A stretch of 64,000 nt of DNA from an uncultured Methanoregulaceae archaeon (GCA_963737635.1 CAVTTL010000001.1:672001-736000), one strand, 5' to 3'. Positions 29,691-40,555 are shown, counted from the stretch's first letter. Program-made: numbers and translations. Notes: generated from the letters alone by a model not told the origin.

Positions 29691-29917
29691 TACGTTCCCT
29701 CCACATTCTGTGATTTACTTAAATGCAATTAAACGGCAATAATCTATAAAGGATTTACGATAATAATGGTTAAAAAAAACGCTATCTCTCTTTTCATGGC
29801 ATCTTACAACCCACGGATCTCTTTTTTATGGATACGGATAATTCGGGAGATTTTCGGTCATAGTATGTCAACTACCGATCAATGGCCTTATTCACTAAAA
29901 CGCCGGATAATCCGGGC

Positions 29918-30298
29918 ATGGGATCGTATACCCGGGGCGATGTGATCCTCGCCACGGTTCCGTTTGACGAGCGACACGGCGCAAAGACCCGGCCTGCCGT
30001 GGTAGTGTCGGTGAGGGAAAACGGGGATCTTTGTGTCTGCCCGGTCAGCAGCAGGCCTCCCTCATATGCTCCGTGCGTCCCCATCGGGCTTGACGATTTT
30101 TCCGAGGGCGGGCTCGATCTTTTCACCGAAAGTTTTGTCCTCACCACGAAGGTCAGCATGATCCGGCCCGGTGACGTCATCGGCCTGAAAGGTCGACTCA
30201 CCCCGGGTGTCATCGCTGAAATTGGCGCACAGGTGCAGTTTGATAGATCCACCTCCCGAACCGGAAAGGATCTCCGAAAACCACCCGCACGACGCTGA
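29918..30298 (+). CDS. PemK/MazF-family protein
   Basis: RGDVIL..VPF...KTRPAVVVS...CPVSS. Confidence 0.75.
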   Translation: MGSYTRGDVILATVPFDERHGAKTRPAVVVSVRENGDLCVCPVSSRPPSYAPCVPIGLDDFSEGGLDLFTESFVLTTKVSMIRPGDVIGLKGRLTPGVIAEIGAQVQFDRSTSRTGKDLRKPPARR

Positions 30299-30368
30299 AT
30301 ACCGTCTCGGGCAGTAATCCCACGATTGAATCCGTAACCTTAAGTCATCGGGAACGGAGGTTGTGTAA

Positions 30369-31895
30369 ATGGATATTGCATACTGTTTCAAAGAGATTGA
30401 GGGCCAGGTGGGCAAGCTCTCCCCGCTCCAGAAGATTCTTCTTGGTACTGACGGATCGGTCACCCAGCTCCTGGAATCAGTCACCGGACATCCGATCTCA
30501 GTCCGGACCCGCACACAGGAACTCGTGAAAGCTGATGCCGATGCCGTTGAACAGCTTAGTATAGCACCTGGTGATTCGGTGAATCACCGGATCGTGGAAC
30601 TTCTTGACGCTGCGACCGGGGAGGTCCTGGTCTACGCGAAATCACTGACACCGGTAGCCCGGCTGGCACCGGCATTCCGGGACGATCTTATGAGAGCCGA
30701 TATTCCCATCGGAAAGATCATTGAGCGCCACCATATCGAGGCCCGTAGGGAGATTCTCACGGCCCGGGTAACTCCCGATGATACCGGCGGGATCTTTCCG
30801 ATCTGCAGGAATGAACCGCTGCTGATGCGGCAGTACCGGATTATTCATGGCGGAAAGCCACTCATCTTCATCCAGGAGCAGTTTCCGTACAACCAGTTTC
30901 TCGATGAACGCAGGGTAATTGTGAGGACACCGTCGCGCATCCATGTGACCCTGCTTGACATGAACGGCGGTCTCGGGAGGGTCGATGGTGGTATCGGAAT
31001 CGCACTCGATGATCCCGCGATCCTCCTCGAGGCAAAAGCAAGCCCTACCCTGGAAGTCTGCGGCTGTGACGGCCGCACCGCCGCACAGATCGGAGAGTGC
31101 GCACAAAAGGTACTCGCTGGCCTCCGGGTCGGTGGCAGTGTCTCCATTACCGTGCGGGAAGAGTTCCCGGCCCATCACGGTCTCGGGAGCGGTTCCCAGC
31201 TTGCGCTTGCCACCGCCCGGGCCTGTGCAGAACTGTATGGTAAAGACCTGCCCACGGCAGAGCTGGCCCGGATAGCGGGACGGGGTGGGACCTCCGGTAT
31301 CGGGACGGCAGCGTTTGACCATGGGGGGTTCATTATAGACGGCGGGCACCGGTTCGGGCCGGGCCGCGAAAAGACCGGTTTTGCTCCTTCATCGGCGTCG
31401 AAAGGTATAAGGCCACCGCCGGTCCTCGTACGGCATGATTTTCCCGGTGACTGGCGCATCCTTCTTGCGACCCCGGCACGTTCAGAGGGAGCAAGCGGGA
31501 CACGGGAGCATGAGATCTTCAGGACCTGCTGCCCCGTACCGGTCGGAGAAGTAAGAATGCTCTGTCACGAGGTCCTTATGCGGATGCTTCCCGGCATTGC
31601 GGAAAAAGACCTCGACCAGTTCGGTACGTCCATCAACGCCATTCAGTCACTGGGGTTCAAGAAGATCGAGCTTTCGTTTCAGCCCCCTGAAGTCACCGGC
31701 CTCCTTGATACTATGCGGGCAGCCGGCGCGGCAGGGGCCGGCATGAGCTCATTTGGCCCGACCCTGTATGCAATCGGCGATACAGGAATGCAGGAAATCG
31801 AGAATGCAGCGCAGTCGTACCTGAAGGAAATCGGGGGAGGGACAACGCTCATTACCGCCGCACGCAATCGTGGTGCAGCGATCAGGACAGCATAG
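30369..31895 (+). CDS. mptG: Chorismate lyase-like (DUF98) fused to beta-RFAP synthase (GHMP kinase fold)
   Basis: N: LLGTDGSVT, DIPIGKI; C: TPSRIH, RVDGGIG, HHGLGSGSQ, GRGGTSGIG, GMSSFGP. Confidence 0.85.
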   Translation: MDIAYCFKEIEGQVGKLSPLQKILLGTDGSVTQLLESVTGHPISVRTRTQELVKADADAVEQLSIAPGDSVNHRIVELLDAATGEVLVYAKSLTPVARLAPAFRDDLMRADIPIGKIIERHHIEARREILTARVTPDDTGGIFPICRNEPLLMRQYRIIHGGKPLIFIQEQFPYNQFLDERRVIVRTPSRIHVTLLDMNGGLGRVDGGIGIALDDPAILLEAKASPTLEVCGCDGRTAAQIGECAQKVLAGLRVGGSVSITVREEFPAHHGLGSGSQLALATARACAELYGKDLPTAELARIAGRGGTSGIGTAAFDHGGFIIDGGHRFGPGREKTGFAPSSASKGIRPPPVLVRHDFPGDWRILLATPARSEGASGTREHEIFRTCCPVPVGEVRMLCHEVLMRMLPGIAEKDLDQFGTSINAIQSLGFKKIELSFQPPEVTGLLDTMRAAGAAGAGMSSFGPTLYAIGDTGMQEIENAAQSYLKEIGGGTTLITAARNRGAAIRTA

Positions 31896-31962
31896 CGGAG
31901 TCGTATATACTGCTGTGAGTCCTGAACTAGAGCGCTTCCTGATCTAAAAATGCTCTATTTTT

Positions 31963-32853
31963 TTACTCCCCGACTGTCATCAGCATCTCTTCCAGGGACG
32001 GGTACCGTGACTCGATCCGCTCCACTCTTCCGCCGAACGCAGCGATGGCTGCAGAGCACGTGTTGAGGCCGGCCATATCCCCGGCTTCGCAGGCGAACCC
32101 CCGGTCGTCCCGCCGGTACGGGAATGTCTTCTGGTCGATGCGGGCTGGATCCGGATGGGAAAACCAGATCGTATACGTGATCGACCCAAACTGCTCCCGG
32201 AGCTCGTCCATCGTCCCCATCGCCACCACTTTCCCGCGCCGGAGTATCATCACCCGGTCGCAGATCGCCTCTATCTGGAACAGGTTATGAGCCGAGAGAA
32301 CGATGGTCCGGCCCTCACTTTTGAGTTTTTTGAGGTATTCTGCAATGAAACGCGAGGTCATGGGATCCAGCCCGCTTGTCGGTTCGTCGTAGACCAGGAA
32401 CGTGGGATCGTGGATAAGCGAACGTGCGATCGCCGTCTTGCGTTTCATCCCTTTACTGAACTCACCTAGTTTTTTGCCCCCTGTTTCAAGAGAGAGCGCG
32501 GTGAAAAGCTGTCGGGTCCTCGCCGCGATCTCTTTTTTCTCGATCCCATAGATCTCGCCGAAGAACATGAGGTAATCTTCCGCGGTCATAGTTTCATAGA
32601 GCCGGGACTCCTCGGGCAGGTAACCGAGTGTTTCTTTGAGCATCATGGGTGAGCGGATGACGTCAATCTCATTGACAGAAAGGTCTCCGGATGATGGAAC
32701 GATCAACCCGGAGATGATCTTCAATAACGTGGTCTTCCCGGCCCCGTTGTGCCCGACGATCCCAAAGATCCCCGAACCCGGAAATGAGAAACTCACGTCA
32801 TCAAGTGCGGTAAATGCCTCGTAGCGCTTGGTCAGGTTTTTTGCGGTGATCAT
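31963..32853 (-). CDS. ABC transporter ATP-binding protein
   Basis: GHNGAGKTT, FSKGM, DEPTSGLD. Confidence 0.92.
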   Translation of the reverse strand: MITAKNLTKRYEAFTALDDVSFSFPGSGIFGIVGHNGAGKTTLLKIISGLIVPSSGDLSVNEIDVIRSPMMLKETLGYLPEESRLYETMTAEDYLMFFGEIYGIEKKEIAARTRQLFTALSLETGGKKLGEFSKGMKRKTAIARSLIHDPTFLVYDEPTSGLDPMTSRFIAEYLKKLKSEGRTIVLSAHNLFQIEAICDRVMILRRGKVVAMGTMDELREQFGSITYTIWFSHPDPARIDQKTFPYRRDDRGFACEAGDMAGLNTCSAAIAAFGGRVERIESRYPSLEEMLMTVGE

Positions 32854-33027
32854 TGCAGGTTCTCTAAAAGACCGGGTATTAGTGTAGACTTGTGGGAAGG
32901 GGGACATATATATTGGGATAGGTGCAGCTGGAAGGCCGCCGCCGTGTCAGCATCGATTAGTATTTGACTCCCGTATCCACATTTACTGATTATCTGCGAT
33001 ATTGTTCGCGGCCCGGGATGTTTGCTT

Positions 33028-34836
33028 ATGAGTGCAGGCAGGGATGTTGCGACCATCGCACGCTGGGAGTTGAAAAAGACCTTCTCCGTGATGTCGCGTA
33101 ACGTCCTGCCGGTTGCTGTTGTCCTCTTCGTCCTCCTCGTCCTTGTCACCGGTTTTGCCGCAGAACGGGGCCTCCATATCCAGGACGGGGTGTACCGGAT
33201 CGGGATCGATGACCCCAAGGTCGCTGCCCTGTTTGCTTCGGATGCCCGTTTCACGGTTTTTCAGGCAGATGACGTCACCCTTAACGAGAATCGCGGGGAG
33301 TACGATCTGGTCATCGTAAAGGGGGTTGAATATGCAAATCCGACGCAAAAAGGGCTATCTGCACAAAATGCTCTCGAACGGGACTACGCGCAATATAAAA
33401 ACGGCGTCTATGCCGGCGAAAGTGACCTCTTCGCTGCGTACCCTCTCTGGATAGATACCCAATCAGTGGAAAGCGAGATCAACTTTTCTGCTACTCAGAA
33501 CGGTCAGTACGTGCAGGTAGCCCCGGGCGCGGGACCACCGGTCCCGGAGGGAGTCGTCCAGAACATTCCCACACCGTCTCCGACGCTCATCGTCACCGAA
33601 GACGAGCTCCGGCAGGAGCTGACCACCTCTTCTCAGGAGAATACGCAGGTCTCCCGGTACACGGATGTGCTCTCCCCGGGACAATCGGTTATGGGTACTT
33701 TTGTAACCCCGGACCAGCTCTCACCTCCCCTCCCCTTCGATTCGATCATCCTCGTTTTTATCTTCATCTTCCCCCTGTACTTCACCTCGCAGTTTTTCAT
33801 GATGAGCATCATGAACGAGCGGATCGGACGACAGGGCGAGGCCCTCCTGTCGCTCCCGGTAAAGACCTCATCCATCATTATCGGAAAGATGCTCCCGTAC
33901 TTCCTCGGGATGCTTGGGATCTGCGCCGTGATCACGCTGTACATCAACGCTTCGCCACTTGTCCTCCTGCCCCTCGTGCCGATTATTGTCTTTTTTCTTG
34001 CAAACGCGCTCATCATCGGGATGCTCGCCCGCAGCTTCAAGGAACTTTCCTTTATCTCCATCTTCTTTTCGACCGTTGCAACATCGTACCTGTTCTTCCC
34101 AAGCATTTTTGCAAACGTCCACGTGATCAGTCTCGTTTCCCCACTTACCCTTATCGTGCTTACCATCCAGGGAACCGCATGGACCGTTTCGGACTATCTC
34201 TATGCCACCGCGCTTTTCTGGCTGACTGCTGTCGTCCTCTTTTATATCGCGGCACAGAACTTCAATGAGGAGCGCCTCTTTTCCGAGAAGAAATTCCTGC
34301 CCCGGATGCGTGAGTTCCTTGCCGGCGTTATGCCACAAAGGCACCCGTACGCGGCGCTCTTTTTACTCGCCGTTTTCTCGATTCCGTTTGTCTTTATGGC
34401 CCAGATGATGGGGCTTGTGGTTTTTTTCAACCTGCCGCTGCCGTACTCACTTATCCTCCTGCTTGTTTTTGCGGCACTCGTGGAGGAGATGGCAAAAGCA
34501 GCCGGCATTTACACGCTCTTTATGCGGGATCCATCGTTCTTTTCGTGGACGCACCTGATCCTTGCCTGTGCGGCCACGGCAATCGGTTTTCTCTTCGGGG
34601 AAAAACTTCTTCTTTTCGCAACACTTTCCCAAATCACGTCATCCATCTTTGGAAGCGTCCTCTTTTTATCGCTGGGAGTGCTCTGGATGCCTCTCCTGCT
34701 TCATTTCGCCTGCGTCCTGATTGTCGCCATTTCACTTAAGGCGGGAGGTAAAAAAGGGTTCCTTGCCGGCCTTTTTATCGCGACTGTGCTTCATTGCTTC
34801 TATAACCTGTACTTCATCCTGGGGTGGATCCGGTGA
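33028..34836 (+). CDS. ABC-2 permease with a PrsW-like C-terminal membrane domain
   Basis: Multi-TM; ER...GEALLSLP; VEEMAK and H...YN motifs. Confidence 0.75.
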   Translation: MSAGRDVATIARWELKKTFSVMSRNVLPVAVVLFVLLVLVTGFAAERGLHIQDGVYRIGIDDPKVAALFASDARFTVFQADDVTLNENRGEYDLVIVKGVEYANPTQKGLSAQNALERDYAQYKNGVYAGESDLFAAYPLWIDTQSVESEINFSATQNGQYVQVAPGAGPPVPEGVVQNIPTPSPTLIVTEDELRQELTTSSQENTQVSRYTDVLSPGQSVMGTFVTPDQLSPPLPFDSIILVFIFIFPLYFTSQFFMMSIMNERIGRQGEALLSLPVKTSSIIIGKMLPYFLGMLGICAVITLYINASPLVLLPLVPIIVFFLANALIIGMLARSFKELSFISIFFSTVATSYLFFPSIFANVHVISLVSPLTLIVLTIQGTAWTVSDYLYATALFWLTAVVLFYIAAQNFNEERLFSEKKFLPRMREFLAGVMPQRHPYAALFLLAVFSIPFVFMAQMMGLVVFFNLPLPYSLILLLVFAALVEEMAKAAGIYTLFMRDPSFFSWTHLILACAATAIGFLFGEKLLLFATLSQITSSIFGSVLFLSLGVLWMPLLLHFACVLIVAISLKAGGKKGFLAGLFIATVLHCFYNLYFILGWIR

Positions 34837-35912
34837 ACACCCGGCGCATTGCGGTTATCGCAAAAAAAGAGTTCCGCGGACTGTATTCCGAAAAGACGAT
34901 CCTTTTAGCCGTGTTACTCCAGGTCTTCATTGCGCTCTTCTCTTCATTTCTCATGGTCGGGCTCACATCCATGTACGATCCGGCATCGCTTTCAGGATAT
35001 TCACACTTCCGGTACAATATCGCGTACGCGGGAAATGAAAGCCCTCTGCTCGGGTACCTGGAGAACAGCCAGGATCTCCGGGTCCAACGCATGGACCTCT
35101 CGACTGCAGTTGAACTGCTCAAGGAACGCAGAATTTCTGCTGTCATCTATGCGCCCGGAACACTTCCCGGCGCAGAAGACCCCATCAAGATCACCCTTTA
35201 CACGCTTTCAAACGACCTGCAGGGAGCGATCGTTGACGTGAGGCTGAAGAATATCTTTCTCCAGTACGAGCAGGACCTGCGGACGGTCCGCGCCGGCCGA
35301 TTGAATGTAACCCCCATTCCGGTGCAGATCCCGGCCTCAGCGGGCAGCGGCGATTTCTACGGGTTCGTATATGGGCTTCTCGTCCCGCTCCTTGTCTTCC
35401 TGCCGGGGATTCTTTCCGCAGCGCTTGTCATCGATCTGATTACTGAAGAGTTCCAGCAGGGTACGCTGGAAACGCTCGTCTCCACACCGGTCACTTCTGC
35501 CGAGATGGTCTGGGGCAAAGTGCTTACCTGCACAATCCTCGTCCCAATTCAGGCCGGGGCATGGATCCTCCTGCTTTCTGCAAACAGGATTGCCATAGAC
35601 AGCCCCGCTCTTATCCTGGTCCATGTAACTCTTGCATCCCTGCTTCTCATCCTCATCGGAGCCGTATGTGCCCTCTACTACCGGGAGCGAACGGCAGCAC
35701 AGTTCGTCTTCTCGACTGCCCTGGTCGTTATCCTGCTTCTGGTACTTGCCTTGCCGTTCAACCCGCTTAATCTGGTCGCCCGGCTTGCCGTCGGGACGGC
35801 GGGTGTAGAACAGTGGATAGTTCTTGGCGCCATCTGCCTTGCCGTGCTTGTCCTTGGATACGGCGTGCAGAAGTATGCCGGCCGGATCGGAGGCATTGAA
35901 GCAGGGAAGTAG
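34824..35912 (+). CDS. ABC-2 permease
   Basis: EEFQQGTLETLVSTPV, multi-TM. Confidence 0.85.
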   Translation: MDPVNTRRIAVIAKKEFRGLYSEKTILLAVLLQVFIALFSSFLMVGLTSMYDPASLSGYSHFRYNIAYAGNESPLLGYLENSQDLRVQRMDLSTAVELLKERRISAVIYAPGTLPGAEDPIKITLYTLSNDLQGAIVDVRLKNIFLQYEQDLRTVRAGRLNVTPIPVQIPASAGSGDFYGFVYGLLVPLLVFLPGILSAALVIDLITEEFQQGTLETLVSTPVTSAEMVWGKVLTCTILVPIQAGAWILLLSANRIAIDSPALILVHVTLASLLLILIGAVCALYYRERTAAQFVFSTALVVILLLVLALPFNPLNLVARLAVGTAGVEQWIVLGAICLAVLVLGYGVQKYAGRIGGIEAGK

Positions 35913-35949
35913 AAGAGAACAGAAAACAGAGAGTTACGCGAAAAAAAGA

Positions 35950-36435
35950 TCACGAGTAGGGGTTTGTGGAATAGACATTCTGGTCGATAACCTTGTAGAC
36001 TTTTCCGGCGGAAGTCACCCAGACCTCGACATGATCGGTACCATCGAGGGTTCCCTGGACGACGATCTCGCTGTTGCCGGTGATCTCGCCTCCGTTATTC
36101 ATGAGCTGGTCGATAACACTCCCATCTGCAAGGGTGACCCTCATCCTGACAGTCTGGGCAACGATCAGGCCTGGCCCTCCGCTGCAGAGCAGGGTGATCT
36201 TGCCGGTAGGCCGGTCTTTGGTCAGCTGGAGATAGATCATCTGGTTTGCAGGCAGCGGAGAGATGGGTTCAACCGTTGTGGCCGTAGTAACAACGGTTTC
36301 CGTAGTCTCCGGTACCTGCGTGGTAACGGTAGTCCCGACCGGCTGGATTTGCGCCTGGCTCGGGCTCGTGCACCCGGCAAACAGTGCACTGATTAAAAGC
36401 GCACAACACGCGGCTGTGATGAACAGATATCTCAT
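35950..36435 (-). CDS. Putative lipoprotein
   Basis: LFAGC lipobox, Thr-rich linker. Confidence 0.6.
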   Translation of the reverse strand: MRYLFITAACCALLISALFAGCTSPSQAQIQPVGTTVTTQVPETTETVVTTATTVEPISPLPANQMIYLQLTKDRPTGKITLLCSGGPGLIVAQTVRMRVTLADGSVIDQLMNNGGEITGNSEIVVQGTLDGTDHVEVWVTSAGKVYKVIDQNVYSTNPYS

Positions 36436-36642
36436 AAATAACCCTTCCATCCGGGAATATTTCTGATTTACGTTTGAACCTTGGAGAAACATCCCGGCAG
36501 TATTTCCCTCTCTCATAGGTCTCATAATTGGAAAGAGGTGTCGTTCTATGCAGATACCGGAAAAAATCCCACATACCCGAATAAGGAACAGTTAAATTAA
36601 AAAGGACACCCGGATTAACTTAACCTATCAGGAGTACGAGGA

Positions 36643-37257
36643 ATGTTCTGTCCAAAATGTGGGAAAGAGACTGATGCTTCCGGACAATTCTGCCAATGGT
36701 GCGGGGCACCGACCGATAACGTTCCCCCGGCACCGGCAGGTATGGCGGCACCCGATCCCGACGAAAACCCCGAGGTCGGGGTATATGCCGGTCTCGGGCG
36801 GAGATTCGTCGCGTTTATCGTTGACTTCATTCTGGTTGCCTTGTTCGGCATTATCGCAGTCGCATTTTTTAACCAGGCAAACGGGATCATGTACCTATAC
36901 TATATTGCGGTCGATCACGCATCGATCTCTTCGCTCACCGAGGCCGGAACACCGATTGCGGCTCTCGGCCCCATTGTTGCCGCTATTGGTATTCTTGTCA
37001 TCGTCGTTCCCTGGCTCTACTACGCGGGCTTTGAATCCTCGCGGGGACAGGCCACACCGGGCAAAGTCCTGATGCGCCTTGAAGTGACCGATCTTGAAGG
37101 CAACCGGATTACCTTTGCCCGGGCAACACTCCGGTTCTTCGGGAAATTCATTTCGACCTTGATCATTTTCATCGGTTTTTTGATGATCGGCCTCACCAAG
37201 AAAAGGCAGGGACTCCACGACAAGATTGCCGGCTGCCTCGTACTTCTTCAGGATTAA
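36643..37257 (+). CDS. Zinc-ribbon + RDD family membrane protein
   Basis: MFCPKCG...CQWCG; RRFVAFIVD, QATPGK, QGLHDKIAG. Confidence 0.9.
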   Translation: MFCPKCGKETDASGQFCQWCGAPTDNVPPAPAGMAAPDPDENPEVGVYAGLGRRFVAFIVDFILVALFGIIAVAFFNQANGIMYLYYIAVDHASISSLTEAGTPIAALGPIVAAIGILVIVVPWLYYAGFESSRGQATPGKVLMRLEVTDLEGNRITFARATLRFFGKFISTLIIFIGFLMIGLTKKRQGLHDKIAGCLVLLQD

Positions 37258-37320
37258 TCTCTTTTTATTATTCAGCTGCCCCGGAAAAGAGGGGCGTGTT
37301 TTGTTTGGTCGGTTGGCGGG

Positions 37321-37590
37321 TCACCGGTATCGAAGCTTGATCCCGAGGAGAATGAGTATCAGGACAAACGAGACGCCGTTTGCCGCGATGATGGGTGCGG
37401 CATTGAGCCAGTACCCGTACACAAACCAGAGAAAGACACCGGATGCGTAGAGCACAAGCATAGAGAGGGATATATCCCGGGTCTCTTTGAGCCGCCAGCT
37501 TCGGACAACCTGCGGGATAAATGCAACTGTGGTGAGCGTACCCGCAATAAAACCGACCAGTGTAATGGTATCCATAGTTCGTATCCTCAT
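37321..37590 (-). CDS. SemiSWEET/PQ-loop transporter
   Basis: TTVAFIPQV, TRDIS, PIIAAN. Confidence 0.88.
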   Translation of the reverse strand: MRIRTMDTITLVGFIAGTLTTVAFIPQVVRSWRLKETRDISLSMLVLYASGVFLWFVYGYWLNAAPIIAANGVSFVLILILLGIKLRYR

Positions 37591-37641
37591 TCAAGTGGAT
37601 TGTCTGCTCATTTATATCGTAGGGTTCCCCGGATAAATGTG

Positions 37642-38061
37642 TCACACCTGTCCAGGTTCCGGGGAGAACTGGTCTGACACTACAAGCCAGCGGCCCCTTT
37701 GCTTAACGAGGGTAACCATATCCCGGCCCCTCATAGTGATTTCCTGCCCGGCCATCGTAAACCGGATCGTAAAAAAGTATGTTACTACGGCGCAGGTGCC
37801 CCGGCAGAAGAAAGTGACCCGGTGGTCGGTTTCATCCCACATATGGATCTTCGCTGCCTCTGCAAACGTCCGCCATCCACTGACATATGCATCACGGCCT
37901 TCGAGCCGGCCAGGAGTTGTGGGGGCAATCGCTACGGCATCCGGGTGAATGAATTTCCCAAACGCTGACTCGTCCCAGGTTTCTGTCCAGCACCTGTTCA
38001 TCTCCCGGATAGTTGCGATCACTTCATGTGATTCTTTCATTTCGTCCATACCAGTCACCAT
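37642..38061 (-). CDS. NTF2-like (DUF4440/SnoaL) protein
   Basis: FIHPDAV...GRD...GRWLVVSDQFS. Confidence 0.7.
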   Translation of the reverse strand: MVTGMDEMKESHEVIATIREMNRCWTETWDESAFGKFIHPDAVAIAPTTPGRLEGRDAYVSGWRTFAEAAKIHMWDETDHRVTFFCRGTCAVVTYFFTIRFTMAGQEITMRGRDMVTLVKQRGRWLVVSDQFSPEPGQV

Positions 38062-38165
38062 CCACTCTACGGAACGATCGGGTAAAAACGAGCAGGTGTG
38101 CGGGGAGTGAAAGTATCAGAAAAAGGATCCCACCATTGCAGTGTCATTTGGGAGAAGCCATATAT

Positions 38166-38759
38166 TCATGAGGGAAAATACCGACGTGTAATTTCATCTG
38201 CTTCTTCAAGCCATGCGGCTCTCTCTGCGGCCGTGCTCGTCACAACAACAGAAAACATACGCCGGTGAAACACTGGAACGCCGCAGAATGAAAAGATGCA
38301 TTGTTTCCAAAGTAGTTCGAGAGGATCGCCAAAGACATCCTGTTCCCTTTGCGCCGGAGTATTTGCGGTGTTGAACACCAGTGCGGTCCTTGCCTTCAGG
38401 AGACCGGCCGGGACCCCTTCCCCATTGTCGCCTTCTGAAAATCGGTACGCAATGCCCGGGCGGATAACCCGGTCGATCCAGCCTTTGAGGATCGCGGGAG
38501 GCTGACCCCACCAGTTGGGATGAATGACGACAATGCCATCTGCTTGTGCAATTTCACGGCAGTGATCCGATATACATTCATCGATCGCCGCATCTCTGGG
38601 GATCTCGCCGGACGTTAGTACCGGATCGAATCGCTCTGCGTAGAGATCGTGGAAATGAACGGTATGACTATAATCCGTAAGCGCTAGCACTACCGTTTCT
38701 GCAATAGCGTGGTTGAAACTTCCCGGCCTGGGGTGGGCAAGAATAACCAGGACATTCAT
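38166..38759 (-). CDS. NAD(P)H dehydrogenase (quinone), flavodoxin-2 family
   Basis: AHPRPGSFN, DLYAERFDP, PNWWGQPPAILKGWIDRV. Confidence 0.88.
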   Translation of the reverse strand: MNVLVILAHPRPGSFNHAIAETVVLALTDYSHTVHFHDLYAERFDPVLTSGEIPRDAAIDECISDHCREIAQADGIVVIHPNWWGQPPAILKGWIDRVIRPGIAYRFSEGDNGEGVPAGLLKARTALVFNTANTPAQREQDVFGDPLELLWKQCIFSFCGVPVFHRRMFSVVVTSTAAERAAWLEEADEITRRYFPS

Positions 38760-39571
38760 TTCTGTAGCCCGGTCCCCTTGAAAAACGTGTAACAGAATGC
38801 GCCGTCCGGTTCGCAGGTGCGGTAAAGATCTGCAAGTGCCCGCTCCCATTCGTCCTCGGTCATCATGTGGCGTTCGAGCACCGTATCCCCGACGCCTTCA
38901 ACCATCGCAGTGAAGGTCTGGCGGGTGAAACCCTCAACAAGTGATGGCCGCGACGCATCGACATACACCATTCTCGGTGACACTTCAACACCGATGTACC
39001 CGGCCTGGACGAGCAGCGGATAAAGTTCCCGACCGATGAGCGCATTGCCTCCTGCCTCACGCTGAAGATCGATCAGGCATTGGATTGCCTTATGCGCCGC
39101 CGCGCTGTCGGGATGGAAATACGTCGAACCATGATCGCCCTCAATCACGGTAATCGTGCCTCCCGGCCGTATAAGTTGGCGGAGCACGCTAAGCGCCTGA
39201 CTCGGATTGGAAAGGTGTTCCAGCACAAAGCAGACGAAAATGTGGTCGAAACGTTGTGGGGCAAACGGTGGGAGAAAGAGATCACCGGCGAGGAAGGTCA
39301 CGTTCGTGATCCCTTCAACCCGCACCCGTGCTTTCGCCCGCTGGATAGATCCAGGGGAAATATCGAGGGATAGTATCTCTGCACCGGGACTGTTCTTTGC
39401 AAGGATGACCGTCTGTGCGCCAATACCGCAGCCAGCCTCAAGTACACGGCTTCCGGCAGGGTACCGGGTGTCGTGGTGGAGAAGGGCCGTCAGGGTGCGG
39501 GCCTGATCATTCAGTCGTTCTGCTTCTCTTTCCGAATACCCATGAACGTAATCTACCTTCTCTATGCACAT
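38756..39571 (-). CDS. SAM-dependent methyltransferase
   Basis: VLEAGCGIG, FDHIFVCFVLEH, RPGG. Confidence 0.88.
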   Translation of the reverse strand: MCIEKVDYVHGYSEREAERLNDQARTLTALLHHDTRYPAGSRVLEAGCGIGAQTVILAKNSPGAEILSLDISPGSIQRAKARVRVEGITNVTFLAGDLFLPPFAPQRFDHIFVCFVLEHLSNPSQALSVLRQLIRPGGTITVIEGDHGSTYFHPDSAAAHKAIQCLIDLQREAGGNALIGRELYPLLVQAGYIGVEVSPRMVYVDASRPSLVEGFTRQTFTAMVEGVGDTVLERHMMTEDEWERALADLYRTCEPDGAFCYTFFKGTGLQK

Positions 39572-39634
39572 ATACCAAATACCGGTGCGCCGCGATCAAT
39601 ATAAAAAACGATGCACTCCTGAAAAAAGGGATTA

Positions 39635-40555
39635 TTACTCATGCACGGCGTCCGACCCGATCGTCTGGTCCCCGGCAGTAATCCTGACCTGCTTAAAGTG
39701 TGGGGGATAAAAGATCCTCCCCGATACCCTGAGGGGATCGGAAAAGATGATGGTATCACCCTCTCTTTCCACAGTCACGATGAATGAGTGGTACTGTAAC
39801 CGTTTTACTTCGGGCAGTCCGAGGTAAGGTGCGACCTCCGGAGCAGTTATTCCTATGAATTTTGGATAGATAACAGGCTCTTCCGGCTTGAACCCGATCC
39901 GGTAATCCCGCACCATCCATGCATCAGGAGTTTCGTTGATCGAAAGCCACCGGAGGGGGTTTGCCTGAGGGATAGCGCACACCGCTCCGCGAAGCGCTGG
40001 ACGGGAAACAAGAAATGCAATGCACCGGACCAGCAGGAACACACCGAAGATCGCCGCGTACCCTTTTATCCCTTCTGCAAACGTGACAACACCAAGCGCC
40101 ATCCAAAGCAGGAAAAAGAGACTTGCCCCCATCAAAAGAAGACTGGGACCCGGGAGAAGAAAAAGCGAGTATTTCCGGTCCGACACCGGGGCAAAAAGGG
40201 GGATGCCGGGAGTTGCGGGCAGATCCATTGCAAGGTGCAGGAACGCGCCCGCCAGTACCGCTGCAAAGCCAGCCAGACCAGTTCCGGATATGAAGAGAGG
40301 GTTAACAAGGCCAAGGAATGCCGCAAGCCCGATACCAGCGTACGCAAGAACCGACATCACGATTGCACCGGCGAGGCTGTGGGAGATTCCACCGTGGATG
40401 AAAAGATAGAACGAGGAGTAATTGCGGGACACGAGCGAAAAGAGAATGTCGGTGTCGATGATGACGACCCCGATTACCGCATAAGGCAGTAACTGCGGGA
40501 GACCAAACGCATAAAAGAGGATCGCAGCAACAAGCGCGTGAGTGATTGAGTCCAC
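39635..40555 (-). CDS. Membrane-bound metal-dependent hydrolase (YdjM-like)
   Basis: MDSITH, HGGISHS, HLAMD. Confidence 0.75.
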   Translation of the reverse strand: MDSITHALVAAILFYAFGLPQLLPYAVIGVVIIDTDILFSLVSRNYSSFYLFIHGGISHSLAGAIVMSVLAYAGIGLAAFLGLVNPLFISGTGLAGFAAVLAGAFLHLAMDLPATPGIPLFAPVSDRKYSLFLLPGPSLLLMGASLFFLLWMALGVVTFAEGIKGYAAIFGVFLLVRCIAFLVSRPALRGAVCAIPQANPLRWLSINETPDAWMVRDYRIGFKPEEPVIYPKFIGITAPEVAPYLGLPEVKRLQYHSFIVTVEREGDTIIFSDPLRVSGRIFYPPHFKQVRITAGDQTIGSDAVHE

